64,000 nucleotides of DNA from assembly GCA_902536545.1 (NCBI GenBank), contig CACAXS010000006.1:913-64912 (forward strand), in the 5' to 3' direction. A program made the position numbers and the translations under genes. This DNA comes from an uncultured Prochlorococcus sp. Lineage in GTDB: Bacteria; Cyanobacteriota; Cyanobacteriia; PCC-6307; Cyanobiaceae. Below are positions 21,250-30,676 of this stretch, in pieces (position 1 is the first letter of the stretch; the number at the start of each line of letters is the position of its first letter). Below the pieces are notes generated by a model that was given only the letters and a program-made list of their open reading frames with translations, searched no databases and was not told the origin of the DNA.

Positions 21250-22719
21250 TTAGAAATTATTTAGTGCTTTTGAAAAGGTTTCCCATAATTGATCTTGGTC
21301 TTCTAATCCAACTGACACTCTAATAAGGTGCGCGGGTATACCAAAACTTTCAGCCCAATCCAACTCGTCATAGTGAGCTAGTAAAACATAAGGACAAACT
21401 AGAGTAAATTTTGTACCTAAACTAGGTCCTTTAGATACTTGTAGAGAATCATAAAATTTTTTAGCTTTGTTCAATCCACCATTTAATTCAAAAGATAATA
21501 AGCAGCCATATCCTCCATCAGAAGTAAGTAAAGAATTAAAATTTGGACAATTTTCAGGATGGAAAATATTTTTAATCTCGCTATGGGTCTCTAATCTTTT
21601 TTTTAATTCTAAACATGCTTTGTTTTGTTCAAAAACTCTTTGATTTACATCTCTACTAACTTTCTCTAGATAAACTATATCCCCATCGGAAAGTATTGGA
21701 AGATTAATCTCGTTAAATGCACTTCTAAACTGATCAATCCATTTGCTTTTTGGATTTAGTATTAATGATCCGGCAAGAATATCACCACTACCTGAAAAAA
21801 CTTTTGTAAGTGAAGTAAAAACTATATCTGCATGTTCTAGGGAATTTATATTTAAATTCGAACCAATTGTATCGTCAACAATTAATGGAATATTTAACTT
21901 TTTTGCTATTTTTGAAATTTTTTTAATGTTTACACATTTGAGCATTGGATTACTTGGTAGTTCAATAATTAATGCTGATGGATTAATTCTTTTGATTTCT
22001 AATTCAATATCTGCGCAATTTTCTTCTGTAATTAACTTAGCTCCGTAAAAGATATTCATTGGTAATTTAAGTACATCTACATATGGAAAACCAATTTGGA
22101 GTGTTGGTTTAGCTGGAAATAATTTATATATGATTTCTAATGATGTATGCAATGCAGACATTCCAGATGAAGTTAAGTGAACATCACTAGTGTTAATTTT
22201 TATAGATTTAGAAATTCTATTTTTTATTTTTTGAGAACATTCATTTACGTAAGATTTTGGAGGGCAATCTTCAAGACCTAGTTCTATAGCAGCAGCTCTT
22301 GAAGATAAACCAAGACCAGTATGTTGCCAAAAATATTTTGCATAAATACTTCCTTCTTTTTCAGTTATTAAGAAAGCTAAATTATCTCTTTTTTCTATTA
22401 ATGAGAATTGTTCAGAAGTATTTCTATCAATGTATTTTTTAGCTTTAAAAGCTATGCTTTCGTTCGGATATGGCCATATACTTTTATTGTTGTAGTAATT
22501 TTGCTTTTTTACTTTTTCGCATAATCTTTTCACTATGGGGTTTAGCCCGAATCGCGGGTAAATGGACTTCAATAAATTCATGCAATTTTGATCTTTTTCC
22601 TCGTAATTTATTACATCATTCCAAGTTGGTAATGCTACAGAAACGGCATGAATACTATCAGGAATTGCATATCCTAACTCTAAATTTTTCCATATAGGGT
22701 TTTTAAGTAAATCTCTCAA
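21250..22719 (-). CDS. Cys/Met metabolism PLP enzyme (long cystathionine gamma-synthase type)
   Basis: HAVSVALP, YPRF, ELPSNP, TSLTKVFSG, KGPSLG. Confidence 0.85.
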   Translation of the reverse strand: MRDLLKNPIWKNLELGYAIPDSIHAVSVALPTWNDVINYEEKDQNCMNLLKSIYPRFGLNPIVKRLCEKVKKQNYYNNKSIWPYPNESIAFKAKKYIDRNTSEQFSLIEKRDNLAFLITEKEGSIYAKYFWQHTGLGLSSRAAAIELGLEDCPPKSYVNECSQKIKNRISKSIKINTSDVHLTSSGMSALHTSLEIIYKLFPAKPTLQIGFPYVDVLKLPMNIFYGAKLITEENCADIELEIKRINPSALIIELPSNPMLKCVNIKKISKIAKKLNIPLIVDDTIGSNLNINSLEHADIVFTSLTKVFSGSGDILAGSLILNPKSKWIDQFRSAFNEINLPILSDGDIVYLEKVSRDVNQRVFEQNKACLELKKRLETHSEIKNIFHPENCPNFNSLLTSDGGYGCLLSFELNGGLNKAKKFYDSLQVSKGPSLGTKFTLVCPYVLLAHYDELDWAESFGIPAHLIRVSVGLEDQDQLWETFSKALNNF

Positions 22720-22722
22720 TTT

Positions 22723-23886
22723 TCAGAATTTATTTAAAGCGAATAAAATGTCCGAGATTAAATCGTTTGCATCTTCACATCCAATTGATAATCTTACAAG
22801 AGCATCATTTATTCCTAGTAGATTTTTTGTTTTATCATCAACATAAGCATGAGTCATCGTCGCAGGGTGACAAATTAAACTTTCAACTCCTCCAAGGCTT
22901 TCTGCTAGAGAGAAATATTTGAGAGATTTGCAAAATTTAAAAGTATCCTCTCTATTTAAATTTAATTTCAAGGTGATCATCGAACCTCCAGATTTCATTT
23001 GCGATTTTGCTAAATTAAATTGCGAATGTTCTTTATTAAAAGGGTAAATTACTTTACTAATTATTTTGTGATTCCTTAATTCTTCAGAAATAAATTCTGC
23101 ACTTTGAGTTTGTTGTTCGATTCTTAAAGGAAGAGTTTTTACTCCTCTCGTAATGAGCCAACTATCAAAAGGAGATGGTTGAAGTCCGAGTGCTTTCTGA
23201 GAGAAAAGCATCTTCCTATTCCATACCTCATTATTTGTCAGTACTGCTCCACCAAGTGCGTCACTATGTCCATTAATGAATTTTGTGGTGCTTACAAGCG
23301 ATAGTGTTGCACCAAGGTCCAATGGTTTTTGAATAAGCGCTGTAGAAAATGTGTTGTCTACAACTACTGGTATTTCGAGTTTATTCGCTTCATCACAAAT
23401 CGCCTTAATATCAAGTACCTTCAAAAGTGGATTTGTTGGACTTTCTAGCCATATCAAGGTTGGCTCGAAGTTTGAAATCTTTTTGATGTTATTTTCGTTT
23501 GTAAAATCTGTGTATAAAACTACTAGTCCAAATTTCTTGAAAACTTTTTCGAACATCCTCACTGTACAACCATAGAGATTTGACTCGCAAAGTATCTTGT
23601 CGCCAGATTTTAGTGTTGATGAAATTGCAGTTACTGCGCTAATTCCAGATCCAAAAACTGTGCAGTATTTAGAATCTTCTATTGATTTAAGGATGTTTTC
23701 TAGAATTCTAAAGTTTGGATTGCCTGATCTGGTGTAGTCGAAATTATCTTTATTTCCATGTTTGAAAGTAGATGTAGAAAAAATTGGAGGCATAACGCAT
23801 CCAGTGTCTTCTGCAAAAGTTTCCCCATGGTGAATAGATAAGGTCTTAACACCAGGCTTTTTAATATTATTTTTCTTATTTCCCAT
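22723..23886 (-). CDS. Cystathionine gamma-synthase / beta- or gamma-lyase
   Basis: YTRSGNP, ESPTNP, VDNTF, STTKFINGHSD, ESLGGVESL. Confidence 0.88.
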   Translation of the reverse strand: MGNKKNNIKKPGVKTLSIHHGETFAEDTGCVMPPIFSTSTFKHGNKDNFDYTRSGNPNFRILENILKSIEDSKYCTVFGSGISAVTAISSTLKSGDKILCESNLYGCTVRMFEKVFKKFGLVVLYTDFTNENNIKKISNFEPTLIWLESPTNPLLKVLDIKAICDEANKLEIPVVVDNTFSTALIQKPLDLGATLSLVSTTKFINGHSDALGGAVLTNNEVWNRKMLFSQKALGLQPSPFDSWLITRGVKTLPLRIEQQTQSAEFISEELRNHKIISKVIYPFNKEHSQFNLAKSQMKSGGSMITLKLNLNREDTFKFCKSLKYFSLAESLGGVESLICHPATMTHAYVDDKTKNLLGINDALVRLSIGCEDANDLISDILFALNKF

Positions 23887-23912
23887 TATTTTTAAAAATA
23901 AGAATAAAGTTA

Positions 23913-23940
23913 AAATCTCTCATTTTTAAATGAGAGATTT
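23913..23940 (-). terminator. Hairpin terminator after rpsD
   Basis: Perfect inverted repeat AAATCTCTCATTT-nn-AAATGAGAGATTT. Confidence 0.65.
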
Positions 23941-23962
23941 AATAATCCAAAGAAAAATTTTA

Positions 23963-24571
23963 TTAAACCTTTCTTGAATAATATTCAACAACTAGTAGTT
24001 CGTTTATTTCAAGAGCCACCCACTCCCTATCGCATTTCCCATTTATTTTCCCTGTTAATTTGGGCTTGTCTAAATCAAGATGTGGGGGAACATTTGCTAA
24101 TCCAGGGAACTCTATATTACCTTCAACAAGTTTTTTGCTTGCTTTGTTTTCTTTAATTCCGATTACATCGCCTGATTTACATTGATAACCAGCAATATCA
24201 AGAACCTTTCCATTGACGGTTACATGACCATGATTTACTAATTGTCTTGAACCTGGAATGGTACCTCCAAAACCTAATCTGAAACAAACATTATCAAGCC
24301 TGTTTTCTAATAGTCTTAGTAGGTTAGTTCCTGTAGATCCTTCTTGAGCTCTAGCTTTTTTTACATAACGCACTAGTTGTTTTTCAGAGACTCCATAATT
24401 AAACCTAAGTTTTTGCTTTTCTTCTAAACGAATTGCATATTCTGATCGCTTGCGACGGGCTTGGCCGTGCTGACCTGGAGGATTAGACTTTTTTGAAGCT
24501 TTCCTGGTGAGACCTGGTAGTTCTCCCAAGCGACGCGTAACCCTTAATCTGGGGCCGCGGTATCTTGACAT
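23963..24571 (-). CDS. rpsD: 30S ribosomal protein S4
   Basis: [24 protein letters not shown]. Confidence 0.98.
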   Translation of the reverse strand: MSRYRGPRLRVTRRLGELPGLTRKASKKSNPPGQHGQARRKRSEYAIRLEEKQKLRFNYGVSEKQLVRYVKKARAQEGSTGTNLLRLLENRLDNVCFRLGFGGTIPGSRQLVNHGHVTVNGKVLDIAGYQCKSGDVIGIKENKASKKLVEGNIEFPGLANVPPHLDLDKPKLTGKINGKCDREWVALEINELLVVEYYSRKV

Positions 24572-24667
24572 AATTGTAAATTAAATAAAAAATTGCAATA
24601 AATTTGGATAATTGATTAAATTCAATTAAACTAAAATACTACTAAATTTTTATTTTACATCATTAAA

Positions 24668-24904
24668 GTGATCAAAACTATTAATAAATCAATTAGTTCT
24701 ATACTTATTTTTTTGATTTTGTTCTATCAAAAGTGGTTTTCTCCATTTTTCGGACCAAGATGTAGATTTATTCCAAGTTGCAGCTCTTATGGATACGAGG
24801 CAATTACTAGACATGGTCCTTGGAAGGGAGGGTGGTTAACTTTAAGAAGATTAAGCAGATGTCATCCTCTAACTCCCTGTGGATGCGACCCTGTGCCAGA
24901 TTAA
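24668..24904 (+). CDS. yidD: Membrane protein insertion efficiency factor
   Basis: CRFIPSCSSY, RCHP. Confidence 0.93.
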   Translation: MIKTINKSISSILIFLILFYQKWFSPFFGPRCRFIPSCSSYGYEAITRHGPWKGGWLTLRRLSRCHPLTPCGCDPVPD

Positions 24905-24908
24905 ATTA

Positions 24909-25211
24909 ATGAAAATATTTATTTTTGTTAGGCAGGGATGTTGTCTTTGTGATTCATTAAAAAACAAACTGGCAAAAATAAATCTTAATGAGTTGTTCCC
25001 CAATCTTGAAGAGCTTAAAGAAATTGATATTGATAGGGTCGATTTATATAGGGATAAATATAAAAAATATGATTATGAAGTACCTGTTATTGCTGTTGAA
25101 GGAATTATGTCCAAGAAAATTATAGAATTGCCTCGTATTTCTCCAAGATTAAAAGATGATCAATTAAAGGATTGGTTTCAAAAAAATATTAATACCCTTC
25201 TGAAGAAATAA
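24909..25211 (+). CDS. Glutaredoxin-like protein
   Basis: GCCLCD, YDYEVPV; ATG 24909 preferred. Confidence 0.8.
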   Translation: MKIFIFVRQGCCLCDSLKNKLAKINLNELFPNLEELKEIDIDRVDLYRDKYKKYDYEVPVIAVEGIMSKKIIELPRISPRLKDDQLKDWFQKNINTLLKK

Positions 25212-25219
25212 TTTTTCAT

Positions 25220-26755
25220 ATGAGATCTATAAAATTACATAAACTTTTAGATTTGGTAGGAATTATTCCTTCATTAGATTTAATAGATCATGAAATCAAT
25301 AATATTTCCTTTAATTCTAAAGATGTACAAAAAGGAACTTTATTTTTAGGTATGCCTGGTTTAAATGTTGATGGAGGAAAATATTGTATTGAGGCAATTG
25401 AAAATGGCGCAGAGGCTGCCGTTATTGGGCCTACTGCAAAACAGAAAATTGGATATATTGATCGAGAAAGGATTTTGGTTATAGAGGATAATTTTAATTA
25501 TATTTTTGGTCAAATAGTTGCTGAGTTTTGGAATAGGCCTTCAAGAAAACTTAAACTTATTGGTGTTACGGGTACAAATGGAAAAACGACCATTACTTTT
25601 TTATTGGAATATCTTTTAAAAAAATTAGGAAAAAAAACTGCATTATTTGGTACCTTATTCAATAGATGGCCTGGCTTCTCTGAAGTGGCTTCTCATACAA
25701 CTGATTTCGCTGATAAACTTCAAAAGAAATTAAATGCTGCTGTTGAGGCAGAATCTGAATTCGCGATATTAGAGGTAAGTTCTCATTCTATTGCTCAAAA
25801 CAGGATATCAGGCTGCGAATTTGAGGCGGCTATTTTTACTAATTTAACTCAAGATCATCTAGATTATCACTTAGATATGGAATCTTATTTTCTAACAAAA
25901 CGAAAATTATTTTTCCCTCCTTACTTAATATTAAAGGATGGAATTTCTGTACTAAATCATGATGACCCTTGGATATCTAAATTATCATCTGATCTTGAAA
26001 AAGGATCTTCATTAGTCTCGACAAAGGTTACTGAAAGCGAATTTGAAAATGATGATTTTTTTTTCGTAACAGATAAAAAATTTACCGAAAATGGTTCCAC
26101 CTGTATTTTTCATACACCTAAGGAAAAAATTAAACTTTTTGTTCCACTTGTTGGTGAATTTAATTTAATGAATGCGATTCAAGCAATAACAATTTTGTAT
26201 AAACTTAATTTCTCTTTAAAAGATTTATCAAAGTTTATACAATCTTTCCCGGGGGCTCCTGGGAGAATGGAGAAAATAGAGATTGATAATGATGACGTTT
26301 TAAGATCACTTCCAACAGTTATTATTGATTATGCTCACACGCCTGATGGATTAAAAAAAGTTTTGCAATCAATTAAAAAACTTTGTAAAGGGAAACTCAT
26401 TACTGTTTTTGGCTGTGGAGGAGATAGAGATCGTGGTAAAAGGCCTTTAATGGGATCAATAGCTGAAGAGTTTTCTGATCACGTGTTTATAACTTCAGAT
26501 AATCCAAGATCAGAAGAACCGCAAAAGATAGTAAATGATATTCTGATGGGTATAGAAAAAAGAGAAAAAATAACAATTAATATTGATAGATTTAAAGCAA
26601 TAAATGAATCTATCAAATTTGCTGAGAAAGAAGATATAATTTTAATTGCAGGTAAAGGACATGAAGATTATCAAATCCTCAATGATAAGGTGATTGATTT
26701 TGATGATAGAAAAATAGCTCAAAAAATATTACAAGAAAAAAGCAATTCTAAATAA
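25220..26755 (+). CDS. murE: UDP-MurNAc-L-Ala-D-Glu:meso-DAP ligase
   Basis: GVTGTNGKTT, DYAHTPD, DNPR, AGKGHE. Confidence 0.97.
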   Translation: MRSIKLHKLLDLVGIIPSLDLIDHEINNISFNSKDVQKGTLFLGMPGLNVDGGKYCIEAIENGAEAAVIGPTAKQKIGYIDRERILVIEDNFNYIFGQIVAEFWNRPSRKLKLIGVTGTNGKTTITFLLEYLLKKLGKKTALFGTLFNRWPGFSEVASHTTDFADKLQKKLNAAVEAESEFAILEVSSHSIAQNRISGCEFEAAIFTNLTQDHLDYHLDMESYFLTKRKLFFPPYLILKDGISVLNHDDPWISKLSSDLEKGSSLVSTKVTESEFENDDFFFVTDKKFTENGSTCIFHTPKEKIKLFVPLVGEFNLMNAIQAITILYKLNFSLKDLSKFIQSFPGAPGRMEKIEIDNDDVLRSLPTVIIDYAHTPDGLKKVLQSIKKLCKGKLITVFGCGGDRDRGKRPLMGSIAEEFSDHVFITSDNPRSEEPQKIVNDILMGIEKREKITINIDRFKAINESIKFAEKEDIILIAGKGHEDYQILNDKVIDFDDRKIAQKILQEKSNSK

Positions 26756-26835
26756 TATTTGCTAATCAAATTAGAAAGATCTTACGCAAATCACAAGAAA
26801 AGTTTCTTAGAATCAACTAAGTAATTTTTTATAAG

Positions 26836-27540
26836 ATGAAAGGTTTAGCCTTAATCGTAGGCGCAGGTGGAATTGGAACGCAAATAGCTAAAGATTTGAG
26901 TGAAAGTGAAAATGACTTAGATGTTGTTTTATGTGGAAGAAGGAGCGAATTTAGTAATTTTTGGGAATTAGATATAGAGGATTCTCAATCACTTTTGCAG
27001 TTGAAAAATAAAATAGTAAATCATCCTTCAAAATTAAGGCTAGTTATTAATGCTACAGGTAGACTTCATAGTGATTCTCTTCAACCAGAAAAAAGATTAC
27101 AACATCTTGATAAAAAAAATATGATGGAAAGTTTTTCAATAAATGCTTTTTCTCCTATTTTGTTAGCTAAAACTATTGAAGAATTTATACCAAAAGATAT
27201 TAATTTTAATTTTGCAAGTATAAGTGCAAGAGTGGGAAGCATTGGAGATAATCAAACTGGAGGTTGGTATTCATATAGAGCTGCTAAATCAGCCCAAAAT
27301 CAGTTTTTTAAATCTTTAAGTATTGAGTGGGCTAGACGTTTCCCAAAGGCTATTATTACATTGCTTCATCCAGGAACAGTAAATACTGATTTATCTAGAC
27401 CTTTTCATAAATTTGTTCCAGAGCATAAATTATTCAGTAAAGAAAAATCATCCCATTTTTTAATCAATATTATTAAAAATCAAACTCCAGCATCTACTGG
27501 AAAATTTATTGCATGGGACAGCTCTGAGATACCTTGGTAA
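26836..27540 (+). CDS. Short-chain dehydrogenase (CsgA/C-factor-like)
   Basis: GAGGIG, SARVGSIGDN..GGWYSYRAAK, HPGTV.T. Confidence 0.88.
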   Translation: MKGLALIVGAGGIGTQIAKDLSESENDLDVVLCGRRSEFSNFWELDIEDSQSLLQLKNKIVNHPSKLRLVINATGRLHSDSLQPEKRLQHLDKKNMMESFSINAFSPILLAKTIEEFIPKDINFNFASISARVGSIGDNQTGGWYSYRAAKSAQNQFFKSLSIEWARRFPKAIITLLHPGTVNTDLSRPFHKFVPEHKLFSKEKSSHFLINIIKNQTPASTGKFIAWDSSEIPW

Positions 27541-27570
27541 TCTAATTTTTATCTTTATATCAATAAATCT

Positions 27571-28746
27571 TTAAATCAATATTTTTTTAATTTCTTTAGA
27601 AAGTAAATCCAACTCAGCTTCTGTTGTCATTTGATGTATGCATGCTCTAAACCATTTTGGATCTTCTAAAACTCTAATCCAAATTCTTTTTTCTCCAAGT
27701 TTCCTCACAAATTTTTCCTTATCTTTTATATTTTCAACATTAAAACTAACTATCCCATTTAAGTATTTTTTTTCTAAAACTAATTCAATTTCTTTTAATT
27801 GATTTAATTCATCCCAAAGTTTCTCACTTAATCTTTTTATATTTTTTCTTTTTTCTATTTCATTGCAGTCTTTATCTAAAAGATCTAAAGAATTACGCAG
27901 TCCTGCAAGTAAAGGGATACATGAGGTAGCTACTTCAAACTTCCTTGCATCATCATGAAAAAGATTATCTGAAGGCTCATAAATTCCTTGTTCTTTTTTT
28001 AATGATTTCCAACCAATTATTGTTGGATCTGTTTCATGAATAAATCTATCTGAGACATAAATTGCTCCAAGTCCTTCTGGTCCACAGGCCCACTTATGAG
28101 AAGTTATTGAATATAAATCAGAATAAAAAACTTCCTCTTCAATTTTTATGTGCCCAAAGGTTTGAGCACCATCAACGAGTAGATAAGAGTTTTCTCGATT
28201 ATTTTTTAATTCGATGGAAATTTGTTTTAGAGGAATTTTATATCCAAAGTTCCATAAAATATGAGAAATAATTAGGATCTTAGTATTTCTATTTAGATTT
28301 TTTAAAATCTCTAAAATTATACTTTCGTCGTTTAGATTCTTAATTTTTTGGATTGGCAAAATTTTCAATATTAATTTATTCCTCCTGCAAAATTCTCGAC
28401 TTGCAGCCACTACTCCAGGATGTTCACAGTCACTTATTAACAACTCATCTCCTTCTTCTACTTTTATCCCCCAAAAGGGCAAAATCATACCACAAGAGAT
28501 ATTTTCGGTTAAAGCTATATTTTTTGAATTGACACCTAATTTTTGTGCAATGATTCTTTTTGTGGTCAATATTTCTTTATAAATAAAGGGCCACATATCA
28601 TTGGTAAACGGTCCTAAATCTTGGATAATTTCCCAAGTTTTAACTATTGCTTCTAGAGAAGATTTTGGTAGTGGTCCTTGACCACCATAGTTGAAATAAT
28701 ACTTATTTTTTAATGCTGGTATTTGATCTCTTAGATTATTTCTCAT
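27571..28746 (-). CDS. Class V aminotransferase, cysteine/cystine lyase-like
   Basis: YFNYGGQGPLP, DGAQ, HKWACGPEG. Confidence 0.85.
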   Translation of the reverse strand: MRNNLRDQIPALKNKYYFNYGGQGPLPKSSLEAIVKTWEIIQDLGPFTNDMWPFIYKEILTTKRIIAQKLGVNSKNIALTENISCGMILPFWGIKVEEGDELLISDCEHPGVVAASREFCRRNKLILKILPIQKIKNLNDESIILEILKNLNRNTKILIISHILWNFGYKIPLKQISIELKNNRENSYLLVDGAQTFGHIKIEEEVFYSDLYSITSHKWACGPEGLGAIYVSDRFIHETDPTIIGWKSLKKEQGIYEPSDNLFHDDARKFEVATSCIPLLAGLRNSLDLLDKDCNEIEKRKNIKRLSEKLWDELNQLKEIELVLEKKYLNGIVSFNVENIKDKEKFVRKLGEKRIWIRVLEDPKWFRACIHQMTTEAELDLLSKEIKKILI

Positions 28747-28783
28747 AGAAATTTAAATTATATTTTTAAACTCTTGAATTTTT

Positions 28784-29578
28784 TCAAATATTGCCTACTA
28801 AAGTTACTGTTCTAAATTCAATATCCTCAATCACTTTCCAAGGTTCAGCACTCCTTTCTGCAAATTCTAAATTTTTAAAACCAAGTTCTTTAAAATCACT
28901 TATAAACTCTGGCTCATACCATGCTCCACTAATACATCCTGTCCATAAATCATGATCATTTTGCAATCTTAAAGGAACTTTTTTGTTAGAGACAATATCG
29001 CTAATTGCAATTCTTCCATTATCGTTTAAAACTCTTTTAATATTTCTTAGAAGGTTATTTCTAGATTCTGGACTTACCAAGTTTAAAACGCAATTACTTA
29101 AAATAATATCAACTGATTTGTCGGCGATTAATGGATTTAAATCTTTATCTAATGCATCAAGTTTTTCAATTGATCCTTCAAGAAATTCTGTATTGTTGAA
29201 ACCTATATTTTTTGTAACTTCTTTAGAGGCTGATCTAGATAAAGAAAGCATGTCAGGATTCTGATCAACTCCAATAACTTTCCCTTCTTTCCCAACAATT
29301 TGGGCACAAATAAAAGCATTTTTGCCACTTCCACTTCCAAGATCTAAGACAATATCATTTATTTGAACATATTTTGTTGGATCACCACATCCATAGTCTC
29401 TTTCTATAACCTCTTGAGGAATTGCTTCAAGTAAAAGTGGATTAAACCCAACTGGTGTACAAAGACAACTTTCTTGTTCTAGTGCTGCTGAACCATATCT
29501 TTCTTGAATCGCATCTTTATGATCGAATTGATTAGGTGCTTTATTCGATGAATTTGTATTACAGCAACTTTCAGACAT
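28784..29578 (-). CDS. SAM-dependent methyltransferase, ArsM (arsenite methyltransferase)-like
   Basis: YGCGDP, LDLGSGSG, SNCVLNL, WTGCISGA. Confidence 0.75.
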   Translation of the reverse strand: MSESCCNTNSSNKAPNQFDHKDAIQERYGSAALEQESCLCTPVGFNPLLLEAIPQEVIERDYGCGDPTKYVQINDIVLDLGSGSGKNAFICAQIVGKEGKVIGVDQNPDMLSLSRSASKEVTKNIGFNNTEFLEGSIEKLDALDKDLNPLIADKSVDIILSNCVLNLVSPESRNNLLRNIKRVLNDNGRIAISDIVSNKKVPLRLQNDHDLWTGCISGAWYEPEFISDFKELGFKNLEFAERSAEPWKVIEDIEFRTVTLVGNI

Positions 29579-29610
29579 ATTTTTAAAAGGAACTCTTAAT
29601 AAATATAGCC

Positions 29611-29636
29611 AAAAAAAAAGCCCCTAAAAAAGGGGC
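29611..29636 (-). terminator. Rho-independent terminator
   Basis: Minus strand GCCCCT-loop-AGGGGC followed by T9. Confidence 0.85.
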
Positions 29637-29652
29637 ATGTTTTTTAATTAAA

Positions 29653-29826
29653 TTATTTAGTGTAATTTACACCTCTGTAATTTAATTCTGCTTTTTCATT
29701 ACTTGAAGAAGCGTCATCCATTCTGTTGGTGTAAACGCTTCTTCTGTAGGTAAGTTCAACAAGTTGCTTTTTAGCAGCTTCTTTGTTTTGAACGTAGTTT
29801 TTACCTCTGTAAGTTAAAGTAGTCAT
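29653..29826 (-). CDS. DUF4278 family small protein (57 aa)
   Basis: MTTLTYRGKNY..LTYRR..LNYRGVNY; ATG 29826 lies just downstream of the riboswitch. Confidence 0.82.
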   Translation of the reverse strand: MTTLTYRGKNYVQNKEAAKKQLVELTYRRSVYTNRMDDASSSNEKAELNYRGVNYTK

Positions 29827-29841
29827 GATTCGATTTGACAA

Positions 29842-29902
29842 CACGGCCATCCCCCGTTCCATGGTATGACTCGAACTGCGCCCTCAATTGAGGGTGAACG
29901 AA
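29842..29902 (-). ncRNA. Glutamine-II riboswitch (Downstream-peptide motif; Yfr6-type)
   Basis: CGTTCACCCTCAATTGAGGGCGCAGTTCGAGTCATACCATGGAACGGGGGATGGCC: CGTTC/GAACG P1, CCCTCA/TGAGGG P2, CGCAG linker; upstream of a YRG-motif peptide. Confidence 0.85.
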
Positions 29903-29905
29903 AAA

Positions 29906-29931
29906 GTAGCAATTGCTACAAAATTATTATA
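29906..29931 (-). promoter_or_regulatory. NtcA box (29906-29919) just downstream of a TATAAT -10 element (29926-29931)
   Basis: Perfect palindrome GTA-GCAATTGC-TAC matches GTA-N8-TAC. Confidence 0.75.
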
Positions 29932-30081
29932 AACCTATTCTTCTTAGGATGTCTAGCTTTTACCAACATAAACGAAGATTTAATGTTTTTTTAATTGTTA
30001 TCTTAGGTAAATTTTTTTATAAATAGTCTCTAAAAAGGATTATGTTTATATTTGGTTTAATCTTCATGTAACTATTTTTTT

Positions 30082-30339
30082 ATGAAAGGTTTTTTATATT
30101 TCTTGGGAAATACTTTAAGGTGGCCAGTTCTAAACCCGAAAGAATTTTTTTCCCTTCATGCGTATTTTTCAATTATTTATTTGATAACTTTTACTTTGAG
30201 TAAATATGATGTAAGCCAATCAAATTTAGTTTTTACTCTAGGAATTCTTGCACCTCTTTTAATCGCTATTGGGCAAGGACTTCCAATTGATTGCCTTGAT
30301 ATGGAATCATCTTTGTTGAAGGAATTGAAAACTAAGTAG
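30082..30339 (+). CDS. Hypothetical small membrane protein
   Basis: 85-aa ORF with two hydrophobic segments filling the gap. Confidence 0.6.
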   Translation: MKGFLYFLGNTLRWPVLNPKEFFSLHAYFSIIYLITFTLSKYDVSQSNLVFTLGILAPLLIAIGQGLPIDCLDMESSLLKELKTK

Positions 30340-30360
30340 TATATTTTTCATTTAAAATTT

Positions 30361-30606
30361 TTATAAAACCTGAACAACTTCGCTTATTTCAGGAATCATT
30401 TCTTTTAACTTTCTTTCAATACCCATTTTTAGAGTCATAGTACTACTTGGGCAACTACCACATGCCCCTTGAAGTCTGACTTTGACAATTGGACCATCTA
30501 TTTCTGCAATCTCTACATTACCCCCATCAGATATTAAAAAAGGTCTTAGCTCGTCAAGGACTTTTTCTACATTTTCGTTTGTCAACGAGAGTGTTTCAGT
30601 ACTCAT
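30361..30606 (-). CDS. nfuA: NifU-like Fe-S scaffold (NfuA)
   Basis: [18 protein letters not shown]. Confidence 0.92.
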   Translation of the reverse strand: MSTETLSLTNENVEKVLDELRPFLISDGGNVEIAEIDGPIVKVRLQGACGSCPSSTMTLKMGIERKLKEMIPEISEVVQVL

Positions 30607-30676
30607 AATTTTGGTTTAACTTTATAATAAGCCTAGAAAGAAATTTAATTAATTGCAAAAAAGATAATTTTCTGTT

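Noticed and set aside
29827-29862. Track's N-terminal extension MERGMAVLSNRI of the DUF4278 ORF
   Set aside because: Lies within the riboswitch; the family-like sequence begins at MTTLTYRG
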